Shown here: positions 24,804-32,265 of the stretch, piece by piece | Position numbering within the stretch: the stretch's first letter is position 1 | How the letters are laid out: each line of letters begins with the position of its first letter | IMG/VR virus record: IMGVR_UViG_3300037484_000997 | Location: 1-32,265 of that record | Source of the DNA: a virus | Taxonomy: Duplodnaviria > Caudoviricetes | Reading direction: 5' to 3' (one strand) | DNA: 32,265 nt | Made by a program: the position numbers and the translations under genes | Notes under the pieces: model-generated | Databases searched by the model: none | What the model was told of the DNA's origin: nothing | What the model saw: the letters and a program-made list of their open reading frames with translations, nothing else

Positions 24804-25832
24804 CTACTTTAGGGGCGCTCCGCCCAGCGCAACGCTTTGCGTCCAGCCTGAGCCGAAGTGCGTCTCCCTGTACTGGATCACGCGGCCTACGATGTCATCG
24901 CCCCCCCACGGCGGGTTATCCACCGTCACCACGTCGAGCAACTCCAAGCCGTGACACGGTCGGCATGTGAGCGTTGCTTGGGTGGCTTCGGCGGCGTATA
25001 GATTGAGATAGTGTTGCGCTGCGCTGACACATTGGGCGTCGGTTGAGAGCGTGTTGTCGGTGAACGTCATCACGCGCGCGTTGACAAGCGCGATCTGCGC
25101 CGCGTTCGTAGCCGTGCCGGTCTTGCCCGCGTCGGTGTTGACCGTGACGGTGTTGTACCTCCATGCCTGCGACCCGCCTGCGACGTGGATGAGCTTGTGA
25201 TTTGCGGCGGCGTTCCAACCGAACGTGTAACAGGAGGCTTCGTCGGTCGGAATCGTCTTCCACTTGATTTCCCCGTCAATGCCTGGGTACAGGTATTCGG
25301 GGATTTTCTGCAACAGCCTGCGCAGCGCGGTGGCAAGCGTCTCGGTTGCGCGCGCCGTAAACGTCAGTGTTGGGGCCGTCATCGCCCCGGCCAGGCGCGT
25401 GAGTCCGGCCTGCGTCAGAATCCATTCGAGTATCGTCGTCGCGCTCGTCGCCGTCCATGACTGGTCAGCCGTGGGCGACGTGGCGGCCAGCTTCCTCAGC
25501 CAGTCCATGCACTTGACCACACACAGCGCCCGGCCTCCGCCGTAGGTGAAGTTGATGCCCTCGACCCACAGGCGCGGCAGCTCGACCAGATCTGAGCCGA
25601 TGCCGCGCTTGAGCTCGATCACGGCCCCCTGCGCGGGCGGGTTGGAGTTGAAATACCCCGTAGAGTTGTTGAGCGTCAGGTTGATGGCGGCTGGCGCGCG
25701 GTCGAGGGATTCGGCGTAGTCGTAGCCTAGCAGGTAGTCGGTCAGCGTGGTCGCGCCGACCGTCAGGGCCCATGTGGGCTTTCCGTGCAATTGCTTTTGC
25801 GCGGTCAGCAGTGCGCCGGGGACGGCTCGCAT
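24804..25832 (-). CDS. Tail / baseplate hub-like protein
   Basis: 342 aa, beta-rich; hub-like layout (LTLNN...GAVIELKRG...LELLDVVTV); position in the virion operon. Confidence 0.6.
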   Translation of the reverse strand: MRAVPGALLTAQKQLHGKPTWALTVGATTLTDYLLGYDYAESLDRAPAAINLTLNNSTGYFNSNPPAQGAVIELKRGIGSDLVELPRLWVEGINFTYGGGRALCVVKCMDWLRKLAATSPTADQSWTATSATTILEWILTQAGLTRLAGAMTAPTLTFTARATETLATALRRLLQKIPEYLYPGIDGEIKWKTIPTDEASCYTFGWNAAANHKLIHVAGGSQAWRYNTVTVNTDAGKTGTATNAAQIALVNARVMTFTDNTLSTDAQCVSAAQHYLNLYAAEATQATLTCRPCHGLELLDVVTVDNPPWGGDDIVGRVIQYRETHFGSGWTQSVALGGAPLK

Positions 25833-28258
25833 TATTTCCCGCCCTGCGTCTCTGAGAACATCCTTTGCGCCCAGTTGAGAAGGCGCTGCTGCGCTCCGCC
25901 GTCAATCGTCGCCGACTCGGCCAGCTCGATGGCGCGCGATTGGGCCGCGTAGGCGGCGGCGTTGATGATGAGGACGCCATGCCAGAACGTCTCGAGCGTC
26001 GTTGCGGTCGCGTCGTCGAGCGATTCGATGGTGTAGGGCACGGTGTACCACACGCGCACGACCTCGGTCGCGGCTGGCTCGGTGGGGTCGTTGATGTAGA
26101 GAATGTTTCCGGGCCATACCTCAAAGTCGCGGAACGTGGGCGGGTGGCCTGGGTCCGTCGAGTCGTAATCCCACCAGACTTTCTTGACCTCGATGAGGCC
26201 CGTCAGGCTGGCAAGGCTGATTTCTCGTCCGGCGGCGGCGAGCGTGATCGTGCCGATGACCTGGCGCGGGAGCGTCCGGTTGTGGCGGTCGAGCGCCTTG
26301 CGGATGGCCTCGTCAATATCGGCGGTGCTCCAGGTGGCGTTACCGCTGTCTTGCAGCGTCGCCTCAACCCGGTCTCTGAGGCTGGCAAGCGTGGCGGTGC
26401 TGGCGGTGGACACGGCGGCGGTGATCGTGAGCGTGGTCGAGTCGGCGGCGACGACGAACGTGTCGGGGTTGGTGAACGTGTAGCCCGCTTTCTGCCCCCA
26501 AACGTAGTAGGTTCCGGCGTCCAGGTAGAACGTCACGGTTCCGGTGTCGTTGCTTACGCCCGTGACGACGATGGTGGACCCGCCCACGTCGGACGTGACC
26601 CACACGTTGGCGGCGCCGATGTCGTTTGAGTCGCCGTCGTGAACGGTGACGACGCACGTGATCAGACCCGTTCCGGCCTGGCTGGCGGCGGTGTCGAGTA
26701 GCAAGTCCAGTCGTCCGCCGTTGACCCAATCGGTCTGTAGCTCGTTCGTGTCGGCCAGGATGGCGGCAATCTCGGTGTCAAGGAAGTCGTCCACGGTAGC
26801 CAGTGCGGTGGCGATTCCGTCAACCACCGTGTCCACGGTTGCAATCGGCGCATTGATGTTGTCGCCGACGATCTTGCCGGCTGTGCCCGCGCCGTATGCG
26901 CCGGGCAGTGCGGTCAGCCACGGGTCGGCTGCCGCGCCGGATGCTTGCAGCAACACGCTTGCCGAGCCTGCTACTTCGTGCGCGGTGTCGAGGACTTCAT
27001 CCCAGACCGCATCTGCCACGGCTGCGGCTGATGGCGCGCTGGCGGCTTGCAGCAGGACGCTTGCCGAGCCTGCGACTTCGTGCGCGGTGTCAAGTACCTC
27101 GTCCCAAACGGCATCTGCGACGGTGGCGGCGCTGGGCGCGCTGGCCCCGTCGAGTAGCAAGTCAAGGCGTCCACCGTCCGCCCATTCGACTTGTAGCTCG
27201 TTCGTGTCGGCCAGGATCGCGTCAAGGTCCACGCCTGCCGCGTGCAGGCCGTCCGTCGAGGGGACGAAGGTCGAGGTGTCGCCGTTGCCGATGATGCGGG
27301 CCAAGATGCTGTCGTCTACCATCTCGGCTGTCATGTCGGCGGCGACGGTGGCGACGGCGGCCAGGTGGTCGAGGTTTTGCTGCACCAGAGCCTTGTCGGC
27401 GGCCAGGGCGATGACGTTGGTGGCGTAGGCGGTCGAGCCTACGTCGGCGGCGAAGGTCGCGTTATCAATCGCCCCGTTGGCGATCTTGGCGGCGGTGATG
27501 GCGTCGGCGGCGATAGCGCCCGCGTCTATGGCGTTGTCGGCGATGGCGTCGGCGTCAATGGCTCCGGTTGCGATGGCGGCGGCGGTGATGGCTCCCGCGG
27601 CGAATGTGGCCGCGTCAATCGCCCCGTCGGCGATCTTGGCGGCGGTGATGGCGTCTGCGGCAATCGCGGCGGCGGTGATGGCTCCGTTTGCGATGGCGGT
27701 GGCGTCGATTGCCCCCGCGGCGAATGTGGCCGCGTCAATCGCTCCGTTTGCGACCGCTGCGGCGGTGATGGCGTCATTCGTGATGGTCGCCACGTTGACG
27801 CCCAGCTTGGCCGTCCCGCCCGCGTAGCCGGTCCCGTCAAAGAAATCTTCGAGGTTGGTCGAGGCGGTTCCGCCTTCGATGAACAGGTCGTTGAGCGCCG
27901 CGCGGCGAAAGCCGATCGTCGGCCCGCGCCATGGCAGAATGCCGGTTGCCTTGCCGGTGATCCAGCCCACGCCCTCCGTGTCGTTGTTGGCGTCGCCTGC
28001 TGAGGCGGGAATCTCGATGGCGTACATGCCGATGTCGGCCAACGGCTCGGAGATGTCGTGATCGTCGCCGGTGGTCGGGGTGATGGCGACGGAGGTCATG
28101 ACGCCGGCTGGCGTGACGAAATTCCAGTGCACGACCAGGCCGGCCGCGTTGTAGACCAGGCCCGTCTCGATGGTCTTGAAATCCGTGTCGTCCAGCAGCG
28201 GCATGATGTTGAGGGGCACGACGACGGCGGTGTCTACGTCCATCCAAAGGTCAGGCAT
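25832..28258 (-). CDS. 808-aa virion protein: fibre-like repeats plus C-terminal head-tail-adaptor-like domain
   Basis: AITAA(K/A)IA repeats, duplicated AVADAVWDEVLDTAHEVAGSASVLLQA, Ig-like segment, TLASLRDRV...WSTADIDEAI. Confidence 0.7.
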   Translation of the reverse strand: MPDLWMDVDTAVVVPLNIMPLLDDTDFKTIETGLVYNAAGLVVHWNFVTPAGVMTSVAITPTTGDDHDISEPLADIGMYAIEIPASAGDANNDTEGVGWITGKATGILPWRGPTIGFRRAALNDLFIEGGTASTNLEDFFDGTGYAGGTAKLGVNVATITNDAITAAAVANGAIDAATFAAGAIDATAIANGAITAAAIAADAITAAKIADGAIDAATFAAGAITAAAIATGAIDADAIADNAIDAGAIAADAITAAKIANGAIDNATFAADVGSTAYATNVIALAADKALVQQNLDHLAAVATVAADMTAEMVDDSILARIIGNGDTSTFVPSTDGLHAAGVDLDAILADTNELQVEWADGGRLDLLLDGASAPSAATVADAVWDEVLDTAHEVAGSASVLLQAASAPSAAAVADAVWDEVLDTAHEVAGSASVLLQASGAAADPWLTALPGAYGAGTAGKIVGDNINAPIATVDTVVDGIATALATVDDFLDTEIAAILADTNELQTDWVNGGRLDLLLDTAASQAGTGLITCVVTVHDGDSNDIGAANVWVTSDVGGSTIVVTGVSNDTGTVTFYLDAGTYYVWGQKAGYTFTNPDTFVVAADSTTLTITAAVSTASTATLASLRDRVEATLQDSGNATWSTADIDEAIRKALDRHNRTLPRQVIGTITLAAAGREISLASLTGLIEVKKVWWDYDSTDPGHPPTFRDFEVWPGNILYINDPTEPAATEVVRVWYTVPYTIESLDDATATTLETFWHGVLIINAAAYAAQSRAIELAESATIDGGAQQRLLNWAQRMFSETQGGK

Positions 28259-28269
28259 GAGTTACCTCG

Positions 28270-28950
28270 TTACTGCTGAGCATAGGCATACCACGGATTC
28301 CCTGCAGCGGCGGCGGCGGCCTTGAATGACACGATCTCGGCCGCCCACAGGCGGTCCTGCGTGCGCGTCCAGTTGGCGGTGTCGGTCAGCGTGCCGGTGA
28401 CGATGCGCTCCTGGTCCTGGAAAACGATCGCGGTGTTTCCGTCCTCGTTCTTCTGCAACTCGGTATAGTCCCCGTCGGCGGTGAGCGCGTCCGATCCGCT
28501 GGCGACGTTGAGCGACGTTGCCGCAAAAAGAAGCTCAGCGGCCTGCGTGGTGGTGATGGCGCCCGAGTCCGGCGTTGTCGAGAGCCCCGTGTTTCCGTTG
28601 TGCTGGTCGAGGGGCGTGCTTGCGGTGAGCAGGCCCGCGTACTCGTAGATTGCAAAGCTGTTGCCGATGGGGTTGCCTTCGCCGAGATTAGCCGCCCACG
28701 AGATGGTTGTAGCGCCCGCGTTGGCGCCGTAGGCCATCCACACGTCAACGGCCTGCGGGCCGGTGGTCTTGTAGTACGCGACCCTGGCCCACGAGTTGCC
28801 GTTGTCGTCCGTGATGGACAAGAGTTCGGTGTTGTTGTAGCCGTGGACGACGGCGATCAGGAGCGCGCCGGCGGTGACGTTGCTTATAAACGCCAGCCCG
28901 CCGGTTTCGGCGTTTGAGAAGTTCCACCGTTTCTGTGTGTTGCTTGCCAC
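28270..28950 (-). CDS. Virion structural protein (beta-rich, 226 aa)
   Basis: Composition, AGALLIAVV / SITDDNGNSW motifs and operon position. Confidence 0.65.
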   Translation of the reverse strand: MASNTQKRWNFSNAETGGLAFISNVTAGALLIAVVHGYNNTELLSITDDNGNSWARVAYYKTTGPQAVDVWMAYGANAGATTISWAANLGEGNPIGNSFAIYEYAGLLTASTPLDQHNGNTGLSTTPDSGAITTTQAAELLFAATSLNVASGSDALTADGDYTELQKNEDGNTAIVFQDQERIVTGTLTDTANWTRTQDRLWAAEIVSFKAAAAAAGNPWYAYAQQ

Positions 28951-28953
28951 GTG

Positions 28954-29280
28954 TTACCCCTTCGGCTTGGCGGGTCGGCGTATCCTGCGCGTGGTCGCGG
29001 CGACGGTCGTCATGGGCGATTCACGAATCGCCCGTACAGGCGCGGGCGCGGGTGCGGGCGATTCACGAATCGAGGGCGATTCACGAATCGCCCCTACAGG
29101 CGCGGTCGCCCCTACAGGCGTTACGGGTGTGGGCATGCTCTGCACCTGGTCCCACGTGACCGTAAACTTGCGCGCGTCGTTCGTCACCACGACGAGCATA
29201 TTGTCTCTGCCGTGGTAGTGATGGACGTCCTCAAGTTTCAGGCCAAGATATTCGAGCGCTTCGCCGATGGTGGGGATCAC
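28954..29280 (-). CDS. Hypothetical protein with a REP-encoded repeat tail
   Basis: Globular N-terminus, then (A/S)IRESP x3 encoded by REP palindromes. Confidence 0.6.
   Translation of the reverse strand: MIPTIGEALEYLGLKLEDVHHYHGRDNMLVVVTNDARKFTVTWDQVQSMPTPVTPVGATAPVGAIRESPSIRESPAPAPAPVRAIRESPMTTVAATTRRIRRPAKPKG
29014..29115 (-). repeat. Cluster of GTAG-type REP palindromes (other copies at 1237-1260, 4627-4650, 12973-12996 and 24784-24807)
   Basis: GTASGGGCG-DTTCGWGAAH-CGCMC hairpins, all in the same orientation. Confidence 0.85.
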
Positions 29281-29570
29281 GGCTTGCCCCCAGAGGCGAT
29301 ATCGTGAATGAGGTTCGCGCCTCCGCCTATCAAAATGGCGGTCACGATTCGGCCCACGATGGGGTAGATAAACAGGCTTGGCATAAAGAGCGTGGTGTCA
29401 ACCGTCATCCCCAGGCCGAAGCCCGTCAGAAGCGCGACATAGAGAAGCAAACCTTTGTCGAGCTTGAAGCGGTCAAACAGGGGTGTGACGACGTACTCGA
29501 TGACCTTCATGTTCACGAAAGCGAGAAAGAGCACAGCGGCCAGTGCTGCGGCGTTGATCACGTCAGGCAT
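29277..29570 (-). CDS. Holin-like membrane protein (3 TM, 97 aa)
   Basis: Three hydrophobic helices; TAILIGGGANLIHD C-terminal motif seen in phage holin-like proteins; AAGGAG RBS. Confidence 0.6.
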   Translation of the reverse strand: MPDVINAAALAAVLFLAFVNMKVIEYVVTPLFDRFKLDKGLLLYVALLTGFGLGMTVDTTLFMPSLFIYPIVGRIVTAILIGGGANLIHDIASGGKP

Positions 29571-29709
29571 GGGAAACTCCTTTTCAAGTGTGAAGTGTGA
29601 AGTTCACACGACTTCACCACAGTTCACACTTAATTTGCTATGATTGGGGGAGGGGTGTTTGTGCTACCCCTCCCCTGCGGCTCAGAGAACCAACACCACA
29701 AACAAGTGG

Positions 29710-30234
29710 TTAATCGGCGTCGGTAGACTCGTGCGCTCCGGCGTCCTGGTCGAGATCGTAGCCTGGGCGGTCTTTGCCCACACAGCGCAGCGTGACGGTT
29801 ACCGGGTTGACTTCGCTCAGCGTGAGGACGGGGCGCGTGTAGAGCCCTTCCAACACGGTCACACCAAACACGGTGCTATCGGCTGAGATGTCGGCGTAGT
29901 CGTCGCTGACGGCCAGCACGTTGCTGGAAAGCTGCCACACGGGTTGAGCGGCAAAGTTCGTGTTATCGGGCGACGACTGGAAAGAGACCTTCACGGTCTG
30001 CGTCTCGGCCACGTCGGCGGTGGCGTAGCACTCGAAACGGCCATAGTCGCCGGTGAACTTGCCTGTGCCGGTGGTGGTGGCGATGATGGAGTTGTACGTC
30101 CATGTGTACTGGGCGTACCCGTCCACGGCGGACGCTTCGGCGGCTGGCGGCTGGGCGCGGAGTGATAGCAGCGCGACGAGCGCGGCCACGATGACGACAA
30201 GGGCGATGGTGGCGAGTGGTGGATAGCGTTTCAT
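29710..30234 (-). CDS. Signal-anchored beta-rich protein, paralog B
   Basis: N-terminal TM; highly similar to 30243..30788. Confidence 0.75.
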   Translation of the reverse strand: MKRYPPLATIALVVIVAALVALLSLRAQPPAAEASAVDGYAQYTWTYNSIIATTTGTGKFTGDYGRFECYATADVAETQTVKVSFQSSPDNTNFAAQPVWQLSSNVLAVSDDYADISADSTVFGVTVLEGLYTRPVLTLSEVNPVTVTLRCVGKDRPGYDLDQDAGAHESTDAD

Positions 30235-30242
30235 GTTGCCCC

Positions 30243-30788
30243 CTAGTCGGTCATTTCGAGCGCGCCGGCGTTCTGGTCGAGATCGTAGCCGGGTCGGTCT
30301 TTGCCGATACACTTCAAGGTGACGGTCACCGGGTTGGATGTCCCCAGCGTCACGACGGGCCGTGTATACAGGCCTTCGAGGACGGCAATGGCGAACGTTG
30401 TGCCGTCGGCGGTCACGTCGGCCATGTCGGCGTCAGCGGCCAGCACGTTGCTGGAAAACTGCCACATTGGGATCGCGGCAAAGTTGGTGTTTTCGGGCGA
30501 GGATTCCAGTTTGATGGTCACGGTCTGCGCGGCGGTCGCGTCCACGGTGCTGTAGCATTCGAAACGCCCATAGTCGCCGGTGAAGCGGCCGGCCAGGTTG
30601 GCGGTGGTGGTGATCGAGTTATTCGTCCACGTGTAGAGCGCGTAGCCGTCCACGCTGGACGCCTCGGCGATTTTGCTGGCCTGGTAATTGCCCACGGCCA
30701 GCGCGGCGACGAATAGCACGGCGCACAGCATCAAGGTGATGGCGAGATTGCGGCGGATTCGGGTCTTGTTCGTGTTCATGTGAAACAC
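30243..30788 (-). CDS. Signal-anchored beta-rich protein, paralog A
   Basis: N-terminal TM; FTGDYGRFECY, VLEGLYTRPV and GKDRPGYDLDQ shared with paralog B. Confidence 0.75.
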   Translation of the reverse strand: MFHMNTNKTRIRRNLAITLMLCAVLFVAALAVGNYQASKIAEASSVDGYALYTWTNNSITTTANLAGRFTGDYGRFECYSTVDATAAQTVTIKLESSPENTNFAAIPMWQFSSNVLAADADMADVTADGTTFAIAVLEGLYTRPVVTLGTSNPVTVTLKCIGKDRPGYDLDQNAGALEMTD

Positions 30789-30865
30789 TCCTGGTTATTT
30801 GGGGGGCAAGGGCAACCCCTGCCCCTATGGTTTGGTTGGTGGTCAAGGGGCCTTGCCCCTACGGT

Positions 30866-32265
30866 TTACAGGACACTCTTGGCGATACCTCTGTAATCGA
30901 CAACGCCCGCGGCGTAGAACCACCGGACTTTGACGGGCAAGCAGTCCTGATAGAACATCAGGAACGAGCTGGCGTCGGCGGCGCTGAAGATCTCGGGCCG
31001 GTCGCCGAAGCGATAGCCGATGCCGATGGTGGGCTGCAAGAGCGGGTTGCACAGCGCGTACCAGTCTTCGTGGTCGGTCAGTTCCGGGCACACGATCACG
31101 GGGCCGTCGCTGTCCTTCGTCCCGTCGAGCATGGCGACATTGATGTCGTTCAGGCTGCCGCCTGGCTCTTGGGGTGAGAAGAACAAGCTGATTGCCTTGC
31201 GGCGTTTCTGCACGGGCACGATGACGCGGTCGGGCCAGATGGCGAGGGTCTTGGCGCTGTTGACTTCGGTCTGCTCGTAGATCAGTTCCCCGGCGGCCTG
31301 CCAACCCGCCTCGTCCAGGTCCTGGGCGAGCAGGTTGTTATGGTCGGCGTGAAACCACGCCTTCGAGTCCTCGTCAATGGCGGCGTTGGCCGTCATCAGT
31401 GCGGCCACGTCGGCGCTCAGCGTGCGGATCGCGGCGATTCCAAGTTTCTCGCCGACGCTGCGCCAGGACTGCGTGTCGTCCTTGTCAATCGCCTCGATGG
31501 TCAGCGGCAGGAATCCGCCTTTCTTGACGAACGCGAATTCCTCTTTCTTGTCGTCGGTCGCCAGTTCGCCGTACACGCCGCCTTCGCTCACGGTGGACAG
31601 GTTCGCAACTCCACCCAGCACGATAAACTTGGCGGCTTGCAGGCTGGAAAAGTTCTGTGGCTTGGCGACGCGCTTGTACCAGCCGTAGCCGGCGGCGCTC
31701 CACGCGCTCCACGATTGCAAAGCCAACTTGTTCATCACGTCGGCGGTGATGTTGGCGAGGACGGCGGCGGTCATCGGCGTGGTGGCGCCGCCGATGGCGA
31801 ACTGCGCGCGCTCGGGCCGGTAGACGCCTTGCATTTCGCGGTCGCCGGTGAGCGTGATGTAGAGCTCGCGGATGCCGGTGAGGCGGGGCACGTCACTGAA
31901 TTGCGCGGCGATGGGCAGGCCCATCAGGCGCTCATACGCGGCGGTGATGCGGTCGCCGCTGTCGAACATCCCGGAGGTCTGCGCCCGGCGCGCACTCTGG
32001 ACCGGCTGGCCCATGTCGCGCACGGCGTTCTGCGCGCTCATCTGCGCGTGGGCGGCCTTGGCGCGGGTGATTTCGGCGTCCAGTTCGGCCGGCTGGAAGA
32101 TGCGCGTAGCGCCGCCCTCGTCCTGGAAGCGGGCGCGGATCATGTCGGCCAGGCCGGTGGGCAAGCCAGCGGCGGACAGGCGGACATTCAAAAGCTGATT
32201 GCACTGCTCGGCCAAGAGCGCGTCAGCTTCGCGCAATGCCTGATTGACGGCGGTGGATACGTCGG
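30866..32265 (-). CDS. Major capsid protein domain (Mu gpT-like / HK97 fold); C-terminal part of the gene starting at 786
   Basis: LSTVSEGGVY, KKGGFLPLTIEAIDKDD, WFHADHNNL and C-terminal GVVDYRG motifs of gpT-like capsids. Confidence 0.85.
   Translation of the reverse strand, partial: DVSTAVNQALREADALLAEQCNQLLNVRLSAAGLPTGLADMIRARFQDEGGATRIFQPAELDAEITRAKAAHAQMSAQNAVRDMGQPVQSARRAQTSGMFDSGDRITAAYERLMGLPIAAQFSDVPRLTGIRELYITLTGDREMQGVYRPERAQFAIGGATTPMTAAVLANITADVMNKLALQSWSAWSAAGYGWYKRVAKPQNFSSLQAAKFIVLGGVANLSTVSEGGVYGELATDDKKEEFAFVKKGGFLPLTIEAIDKDDTQSWRSVGEKLGIAAIRTLSADVAALMTANAAIDEDSKAWFHADHNNLLAQDLDEAGWQAAGELIYEQTEVNSAKTLAIWPDRVIVPVQKRRKAISLFFSPQEPGGSLNDINVAMLDGTKDSDGPVIVCPELTDHEDWYALCNPLLQPTIGIGYRFGDRPEIFSAADASSFLMFYQDCLPVKVRWFYAAGVVDYRGIAKSVL
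32129..32265. repeat. Terminal direct repeat (right copy)
   Basis: Matches 1-137. Confidence 0.95.

Noticed and set aside
26690-27790. Independent DNA repeat element
   Set aside because: Explained by protein-level repeats in the 808-aa gene, with synonymous divergence
29710-30788. DGR template/variable repeat pair
   Set aside because: Both copies are full ORFs, differences are not adenine-specific, and no reverse transcriptase motif was seen in the genome

Overview
The window is an apparently complete, circularly assembled temperate phage genome of about 32.1 kb. Its ends overlap by 137 bp, and the head gene runs through that junction. Terminase, portal and REP style suggest a Chloroflexota-like host (inference). 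Almost all genes are on the minus strand. The packaging and virion genes are TerS, TerL, portal, a fused protease-scaffold-Mu-gpT-like capsid gene, holin-like and virion genes, a hub-like tail protein and a mosaic 658-aa tail enzyme. The early block has a C5 MTase, a wHTH replication-initiator candidate with palindromic iterons, a DEDDh exonuclease, many Zn-finger microproteins and a DdrB-like SSB. A tyrosine integrase, an excisionase-like HTH gene and an intact attP (3' half of tRNA-Lys-CTT) form the integration module, with a Dam-like MTase next to it. The most unusual feature is a 923-bp tract (9892-10814) with only 9 T on the plus strand. It appears to be an almost adenine-free operon on the minus strand, whose few A's lie mostly in the -10 box, start/stop codons and single His/Gln/Met codons. 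It sits in a module (about 5.7-12.1 kb) bracketed by structured repeats, which also holds a cassette-like array of four small basic genes. GTAG-type REP palindromes are embedded in coding sequence across the genome. All family assignments come from motifs recognised by eye, without database searches.
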